This document shows, piece after piece, positions 50,901 to 59,900 of a stretch of DNA of 64,000 nt. The stretch is from Schmidtea polychroa. Taxonomy: Eukaryota. The notes under the pieces were generated by a model. The model did no database searches. It was not told the origin of the DNA and saw nothing but the letters and a program-made list of their open reading frames with translations. Where the stretch lies: assembly GCA_044892525.1 (NCBI GenBank), contig CM097888.1, positions 28,024,001 through 28,088,000 of the forward strand. The letters run 5' to 3'. Both the position numbers and the translations under genes were made by a program. Position 1 is the stretch's first letter. The number at the start of each line of letters is the position of its first letter.

Positions 50901-53900
50901 TTACAATCGCGAAATGCTTCAATTGTTTCTAATATCTGTTCGTTACTACCCACCTTTAAAAGCTTGTGCAGGGGTGTGTCTCCGTAATGGTCTGTGATCG
51001 TGAATAATATAGGCCATTGACTTTTAACTACCCTGAGCAATGGGTGTGTTCTTTCTCGGTTTGCATAATTTTCGATCATTGTTAGCAGACCTCCCAATAT
51101 CTCAAAATCTAATCTGTCTTCTGCCCATCCGGGCATTTTAACTTTTACTTCCTTTATGATTTTCTCGGCTTCTGATGGTTGTAACCCTAATCGATTACCT
51201 GTTGGTTCGTTTATTTGCTGTAACATGTTTATTCTATACGTTTGTGATCTTGTCGTTAGTGTACGTCCTTCTGGTTGACTGGTGGCGGTTTTCGGAATTG
51301 GCTTACATCGTGCAACATTTACGTATATTGGTCTTGTAAAAGGGTTGTTCACTAATCGTACTCTTACATTAGTTTCTCCGACGAATAGAATCTCATACGG
51401 CCCTTTACCGTTTCGTTGTAATTTTTTGGTGGTTCCTGGAATTAATTCTGGTGTTTCAATCATCACCCAATCGCCTGTTTGAAACGTATGCTGTTTGACG
51501 TTTTTCTTTCTATCATGTAACTCTTTGTAACTTTCTTGATAAAATTTTATATTCAATCCTGCGGTTTCCCAGATTTCCTGCATTCTTTCCTTGAACTTGG
51601 TTACATAATCGTCTATTTCCATGTATTGTGATATCGGTGGCTGATATTCTAAATCCATTGGCATATTGCATTCTCTGCCGTACATCAACTTGAACGGACT
51701 CATCTTTGTGGACGCGTGAATCGACATTCTGTAAGCCATTAGACATAATTTTATATATTCATCCCAGTCTCGTTGATGACGATCGACATAATTTGATAAC
51801 ATTTGAATCAGTGTTCCATTGAATCTTTCTGTCATACCATTAGTTTGTGGATGGTACGGTGATGTTCTTAATTTTGCGATCTTGAAGTAGTTGGTGACTT
51901 CGCTCATTATTTCGCTCATGAAATTCGTTCCTTGATCCGTCAGTATTTGTTTCGGCGTTCCATATCGACAACATATTTCCTCTACTAATATTTTTGCGAT
52001 TGTTCTTGCTTTCTGATCTGCCATTGCGAATGCTTCGGGGAATTTTGTCAAATAATCTGTGATTACCAATATATATATATTTCCTCTATCTGATTCTGGT
52101 AGTGGACCGACTACGTCCATTGATATCATTGTCATTGGTTCTGCTGGTACTGGCATTGGCTTTAATGGTGCCTTCCATTTTGTTCCCGTGTTTTTTCTGG
52201 TTGCGCAAGTTATGCAATTTTTCACCCATTCCGTTACATCCTCGGTCAATGTAGGCCAAAAATATTTTTGTTTCATTCGTGCCAACGTCTTTTTAGATGA
52301 CATATGTCCTCCGAGTCTTCCGTCATGGTATTGTGTTAGTAGATCTTTACGTCTATTCTCGGGAATGCACATCAGTCTTTTCTCGCCATCCATTATCAAT
52401 AACCAATCTTTCTCGATAATATATCGATGTCGATGTTTATCCATATGCTCCTTCAATTTTTGATCTTTCTCATATACCTCTGCTTTCCCTGTTTTCGCAT
52501 ATTCAATGATTTGCTTCAACTCTGTATCCTCTTGTTGGTCTTTCCGTAATTGGCAAAAATCTAAATCTTCTGCTACCATCAGACATATTCGTTGCATTTC
52601 GTGATCTACTAAATCTGGAAAGATAAATCTGGACATACAATCCGCATTGGCATTCGCTCTTCCCGCTTTGAATTTTATGAACGGTGAATATTCTTGTAAC
52701 TGCATTGCCCATCGCATCAATCTACTTGAAGCTTCTTTGTGTTGACCAAGCCATACTAATGGTTGATGATCCGTGGTGATACATATTTCGTGTCCCCATA
52801 ACAAATATCGAAAATGTTTAATTGCTTGTATGATTGCTAACGCTTCTCTCTCGGTTACGGAATAGTTTTTCTCGTGCTTTTTAAACGTTCTACTGTAGTA
52901 TCCAATCACTCTTTCTTTTCCTTCTTCATCCAGTTGTCCTAATATTGCTCCGGCTGCATATCCACTTGCATCTGTTGCTAATAGGAACGGTTTCTTGAAA
53001 TCAGGATGTACTAGTATTGGGGCTTCAATTAATTTATCTCGCAATGTCTCAAACGCTTTTTGTTGTTCTGCACCCCAAATAAATGAAATATCCTTTTTCA
53101 CTAATTCCTGTATTGGTTTCGCAATACCTGCATAGTTTTTGATGAATTTTCGATAATATCCGCATAATCCGAGAAATTCTTGAACTTGGGTGACAGTTTT
53201 TGGTGCTGGACATGTTTTTATTTTTTCTATGTTTCTTGGATCTGGTTCTTTGCCTTTTGCTGACACTATGTGTCCTAAGAACGTAACCTTTTCTTTTGCC
53301 CAATCACATTTGGATGGTTTAAGTTTCAGTTTCCATTGTCGTAATCGAACGAACACGTTTCTGATATCTTCCAAATGTTGTTCGAAAGTTGCTGAATATA
53401 TTAATAAATCATCAATATATACCATACATTGCTTGATCCCGTGTGTGACAAAATTCATACATCTCTGGAATGATGCTGGGGCATTGGTCAGTCCGAACGG
53501 CATTTTCCTGAATTGGTATAGATCTCGGCCCAATGTGAATGCTGTTTTCTCTTTGTCTTCCTCCTTGACTTTGATCTGCCAATATCCACTTTTCAGATCT
53601 AAAGATGTAAAATATGCGGCCCCCTGTAACATAAGTAACATCTCATTGATGTCTGGTAAAGGGTATGTGTCTCTTTTTGTTACTGCATTTAATTTCCGAT
53701 AATCGATACAGAATCTCTGAGTACCGTCTTTTTTCTTCACCATGACTACTGGAAATTGCCATGGCGAACAACTTGGTTCGATCACTTGTGCATCTAGCAT
53801 TTTTTGTACTTCTGCTTCGGCTATCTCTTTTTGCTTCTCTGCTAGTTTGTATGGACGTAGTGCGATTGGAGTTTCGTCTATTAATGGTATTGCGTGTAGT

Positions 53901-56900
53901 GTAACATCGCATGCTCCCAAATCTAAATCCGAAATTGCGAATATATCTTTATATTCTATCAATAATTGTTGAAGTCTCTCCTTTTCTTTTTCCGTTAGCA
54001 AGGTGCTATCAATTATCCATAATTCGTCCGCTTTCGTTGTTTCGTTGGTGATTTTTGGTAATTCGATGTCTATCATGGGTGTCAATCTACCCAATCTTTC
54101 ATTTTCATATATGATCTTGTCTTCTTCCTCGAAATTTGTGATGTTAATTGGTATTTCCCCGTCTTCATTTATTGTTATTATTTCTCTTGCTAATGGTAAT
54201 TCTCGTCGTTTTTCGAATGATTTGCTTGGCTCAAAAATGACTTCTCCTTCCATTCCTGCATCCACTTTTATTTGACATATCATCTGTGATTTTGCGGGTA
54301 CAATTATTTTCTCCGGACATCTAATTATTGCGTTCATCTTGCATATTCTACCCATTTTGTCTTTTAGACACATTGTTGTTAAATCGATTACTACTTCCTT
54401 AAACAATTCCGGCATTAAATCCGTTCCGATTATACATGGTTCACTCAGTTTGGGTATCACCGCTAGATACGTTTCAATTTCGTTATCCTGATATCGTAAC
54501 GTAGTCCACCATCTTCCTACTACGTCTACGGTTTCTTTACTGCATGCAATAATATGGATAGTTGTTTGTTCGATATCTTTCCAACATTTACTGGGTATTT
54601 GGTTTATTGCTATTGCTGATACGTTTGCTCCGGTATCTATCATTGCGCTTGTCTCTTTCCCGTTGATTTGGATCATGACTGTTACTGCCGCACCTCCTGG
54701 TGAACTCATCACTGCTATCGTTCTTACGTCGTCCGCTTGGTCTACACTTTTCGTTCTTCGGGTCGGCATATAGTTCATCCCTGGTTGACTTGGTAACTGT
54801 GGATACATATTTTGTGTCATGGTCAAAGCTGTTTGTTGTCCAACGATATCTGGTGGTATATAACTTCCGTTGGCTATCCAGGTATTTGTTTTTTCTTTCT
54901 CCCAATATGGTGCTGTTTCTATTGGCTTTTCATTCGGGTTTCTACTTGGATATGGGTATTTGTCATTCCCGTTGTCGTCATCATCACTATCGCTGCTGTT
55001 TGATCGATTCCTAAATCTGTCTAAGAATTTTGGTTTGTTCTTTTTCAGTTGCGTCCTTGTTGCTTCATCATACATTGTTTTCCGAAATCGTCTACCGACT
55101 TCCTCGTCAGTTCCTTTTATTTTTGTCAGTATTTTGATCAATCGTTTTATTCTATGTATGTCTTTAGAATGACCGTGCAACACCATTGTTTTTGCCAAAA
55201 ATGGTAGAAAGCCTACTATCAATTTCCAATTTACCTTCTTTTCTCTCTTATAGATATCAAAACACGCTAACATTTGAGTCAATATTACTCTAACTATCTG
55301 GATAATAAGAATGATTCCCAATATTCCTGCCATCATTTGACCGAACACTAGAAATCTTCCCCACATTGCTTTCATCATGTTTGACGTGGCTTGTTGAAAA
55401 TGATCAGGTGACAATAATAGTTCGTAATTGGGGCCTGACTGGAAATTCGTTCCCCCAGTTATGGTAACCATATTCGATAGAATGGATTCCCGTCTTGCTG
55501 GGAATAATACGTTTAATCGTGCCGTTTCTAAATCCTCTGGTGAGTACATACCTGCTTTTGACACATCAATTGGTTTGAAATCTTGTTCTGTTGCGAGTTC
55601 TATTAGTCCAAACTTTTTAGGCTCTTGTACTTCGGTTTTTACTGGTAACATTATCCATTTCCCATCGGGTTTTTCATATAACGGTCCGTATGCATTTGAA
55701 CAGTTAAAGGTGTTCGGATAAAATCCAATTGGGTTCATGATTCGAGTGACGGGTTGAACGAATCTGTTTCGCCCTTTGTAACTAATTTCCAACTCGTTTG
55801 CGCATTTCCCTGGTGGAATTGTGGGCTTTCTTGGCAGTCGCGCAAATGTCTTGGTACATGCATATGTATACATTACCTCTCCCACCATTCTACCAAAATG
55901 TCCATCCGGTAACGGGAGTGATGGCATTGTGTTATCTGGGTGTGTTATTGCGATGGCTAATTTTGTTTTTAGTATCTCTTTATTCAATGAACAGTCATTT
56001 TGTATAAGATCGTAATACACTTTTTGCATTGTCGTTTGTCCTCGGTGGAACAAGAAGTCCATCTTATTATTGGCATACAGGTACAATTTTACGTCCTCCG
56101 TTGCTACCTTTCCCACTGCTCGGTCTATTACTTGCCTTGACATGTAGATACCTGCGTAGTTCGTCCGGTATACTATACTGTCACATTTGGTGGTCTCTTT
56201 TTCTCTAATGAATCTCATGCCGATGTCTGGATCATCGGTAATTAATGCCGTTGGTGTTTTTTGGGTTGTGAGTCTCTTTTCTTTGGGGGATGGCGGAACT
56301 GGTTTCCCATTTCGCATCCTTACGTTTCCATTCTCTTCATCGTCATCCTCGTTTTCGTAAATTTCTCCTTTTACTTCATTGAATAGAGCACTTTTTAACA
56401 ATTGGAGTCGGCATTTTTGGGTGTTAGCTTCATATATTATAGTCGAAATCCCCGTTCTACACACGTTTTCCGTAGCTCTGCATGCTGGGTTGGTTTTCAT
56501 TTGATAGTTGTTTGCGTCGAATTGTGCTTCGTATTCCTTCAACTCCACTGTGTAGGACTCAATTACTACTACTCCTGATATCACCTCTCCTCTGATCGTA
56601 TATGTGCCTCCGTTACATGATCCATCCGTTGATTTTACTCGTCCGGCTACATAGATACTTTCCGTCTTGATCATTCCGCTTTGTCCGTGTATTGTTACTC
56701 CATCCCTGATTCTCATCGCTCCGGTTCTAAAAAGCTCTTTACAGTCTTCCCGTTGTATAGGTACTATTTCTTTATCTAATCCAGGTAATATGAGGGTTGA
56801 ATATGAGTATTGTCCACAGTAATATGCCAACACTTTCTTCGATACTACGCATTCTCTAGCTTGCGTTCTAATGAAATCTGATTCTTGGTATACGTGATAG

Positions 56901-59900
56901 GAGACTTTCTTTTTTACTATATCTAATTTATTCGGAGACGCCTGTCTACATTCCTCTATATCTCTCAGGGAGTATCTTTCTCCTATTATCGAATTGTCAC
57001 AGTCGTAAATAGTAAATCCCGCGGCTCCACTGGTGCAGAGCATCCATATCATCATGGTCATCATTAGTGAATTAATCGACGCTTTTCTGCTGGCTGGGTC
57101 TTTCAATGGCAATTCCCATTCTAGCTTGTTTAGTAATTTCTTCAACCGAATTTGCATTGATCTCTCTTGCTCGTTTTTTCGTGGCGCTTGTATGAGTCTT
57201 TTCCACCCACCGGCGCGGATAATATGTGGTTCGATTGTATTTTCGATGATTGTAACGGTCATTTCTACATGATTTGCGAATTGTTTGTTAGGTATTTTCC
57301 TCGCTGCTAATCCCATCAAATTGTACATTAGATACGTTAATACTACTAAATGATGTTCGTCGTCGTTTGCGTTTAAAGTTAATTGTTCAATTACTCTTCT
57401 TGTCTCTTCCCAATCGGTTTTAGTGGTTTTTGTCTTCTCTTTGATTAATTTCGGAATTATTCCGGATATTGTATTCCATAGTTGTCTGGCGTCTACGCTT
57501 GCTACTTTTCGTTGCCATAACCGTCGCAATTGTGGGTTCGTTATTATTAGCATATCTTTTACTAGCTCTCGTATCCATTTTTCGCCTCTTTCGATAGTTG
57601 GCTGGGCCTCTTTTAGATCCCACACTATTTTATCCAGTTTCTCTAATCTGACTTGTCCTTGTTCTTGTTTCAGTTGTTCTCTAGTTTTAAATTCCGGTTT
57701 TTCTCCTTGCTTCTTGGGTCTCCCTTTTGCCCGTTTTTCCATCATTGTTCCGGCTTCCCTTGTATTTTCATAATTCGGGTTTCTCTCGTTATCCGTTCTT
57801 GGCAATGAGCTATCGTTGTTTCTCAGCCATTCGTTCCATTCGTCTATTATTTTGTCCGTTTGACCTTCTGGTGTTGCTTTCGTTGGTCCTTTCTGTCGTT
57901 GGAATTGTTCGTCGGTTTCGGTTTCTGTTGTATTATCGATAATCTCCTCGATACTCAGCTTATTTGGCTGCTGATAGCTAGTTGACGGTTGGCTTGTTGT
58001 CCATATTTCGGCTCCTGTCGGCCATCTTACCAGAATTGGTGATCTTTCTCCAGCTCCTTCATCGCTGTCTTCCAATATAATTTCCTCGATTTCCTCGGTT
58101 TCATTCGTTTTACTTGCCACTTTGTTAGGGCTTGGTGTACTCAAGCTACCTTTCGTAGGTTTACTGGATTTGCTCTTCCTTTTAATCGGTTTTCCCAATG
58201 TTTCTGCCATTGTCAATACATTGATCTCCCCCAATCTCATGGGTGTTATTCCGACATCTGCATTATCATCCAACGATTTTCCGAATAGTTGTAGGTGAAA
58301 TGGAGTTTCGTATGCTAATTTCTTTTTTAACTCTCTGATCTTTGTTGTTGGATGTACTTCTGTATCCTCAATGCTTTTGTCGGGATACTTGACTCGGATA
58401 CGATACCTTTCCTGGGTATCTTGTGCCCATTCTTGGTTTCTCCATTTCCTAATAATTTGTTCTAGCTGTTCTGGGTACCATTCGTTATATTGTCTGTATT
58501 CCTCAATCGCTTTCGCCATTTCTCTTAGATTGTGGATATTCTCTGATGTCTTTAGGATGATGTTAGCCAATGCTATTACTTGACGTTTTTGATTTTTTGT
58601 TCCCGTTGCTAAGATATCACCTAATTGTTTATATCTTTCCTTCTCTTCTCGTTCTCGAGCTTCCATCGCTTCTTCGCTGTCCATATCGGCATATTCGCGT
58701 TCTTTCTTTCTCATCGCATGAATATGTCTGGTTTCCGTTTCACTTTCTGATGTAACATCCGTTTCGCTTTCGTCGTCCGATGTCGATTCTATTTCGTCCT
58801 CTTCGTATTTTGGAGGTTCATCTTCCTCTTCTTCTGATTCGCTTTCTATCTCACCAATGTCTGTTTCCACGAAAATCCCTTTCCTGATTTCCCATTCTTT
58901 GTTTTCCGCATTCCACGTCCTTTCCCATGGGGTTCGTCTGCAGGATCTAACACTTAGTTTCTTTATTTTTCCTTGAAGCTCTTTTTCTTTTAGCCACTGT
59001 TGATGAATTTCAATTATCTCTACTGATTTTTGATATAGCGTTTTCATCCTGTCTCGTATTTCTTTCTGGTATGTTATATCTCTTGTTCGGAATTCGTCCA
59101 TGGGCAATATTCTGATGATTTGATGATTATCCCACATTCCCATTTCGCTTAGCGAGGTGTCGTCTTCGGCCCGTAATATTATTTTATCGTACATCATGAC
59201 TACGTCATCTATCATCCCGTCGCTACTCTCGCTTCGTACTTTTTCCGTTATCTCTTGGTTTATCTTGGTTACTAAGTCATCCACCGTACTCTGATTACTC
59301 ATCTTTATTCGTCGTTTCTCCTCGTTTGGTAACCATATGGTTATTTCTAATTTCTGCGGTTGCGTTTCTTTCAACCTTCCATATTTGTGGATCAAATTTA
59401 TGGTTCTCCAATCGCTCATCCTGAGCAATTCTGTATCTCGTAATCGGCTCATTAGTTCATGCATGTCTGGAGTTCGTCTTGCTATGAGTAAATCCCAGTT
59501 ATCTTCGACTTGTTCTTGAATTTGTTTGATTAATTTATCTAGATTTCGTCGCAAGGTGCATTGTTTTATTTGTTCCAGCTTCAGCTTGATGTTAAAATCA
59601 TACTCGGCCTTGGCGTCTTTAGCCCATTCGTGAATATTTGCTGGTTGCTTCTCTTTATACAATTTCAATATTTGAGTTTCTCCTGGCCAGATCAATGCAT
59701 CTATTAGGTGCATGTCTGGCTTAATTTGTTCTCCTTGATATTGATATAAATACTCTTTCTTTCTCGAGCTGCCCAAATGTTCTCTTATCCAATCAAAAAG
59801 CTCGTCTGTGACTGCATTTTTTATCCATATTCTCTCGAGTCCTTTACTCGTTCCGATTTTTATTACATAGCGTGTTGTCTCCGCTTGTTTCATTTTTTCC

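Noticed and set aside
54085-54320. Functional dUTPase between protease and RT
   Set aside because: Only a beta-rich dUTPase-like spacer common in Gypsy pol; catalytic motifs are not visible.
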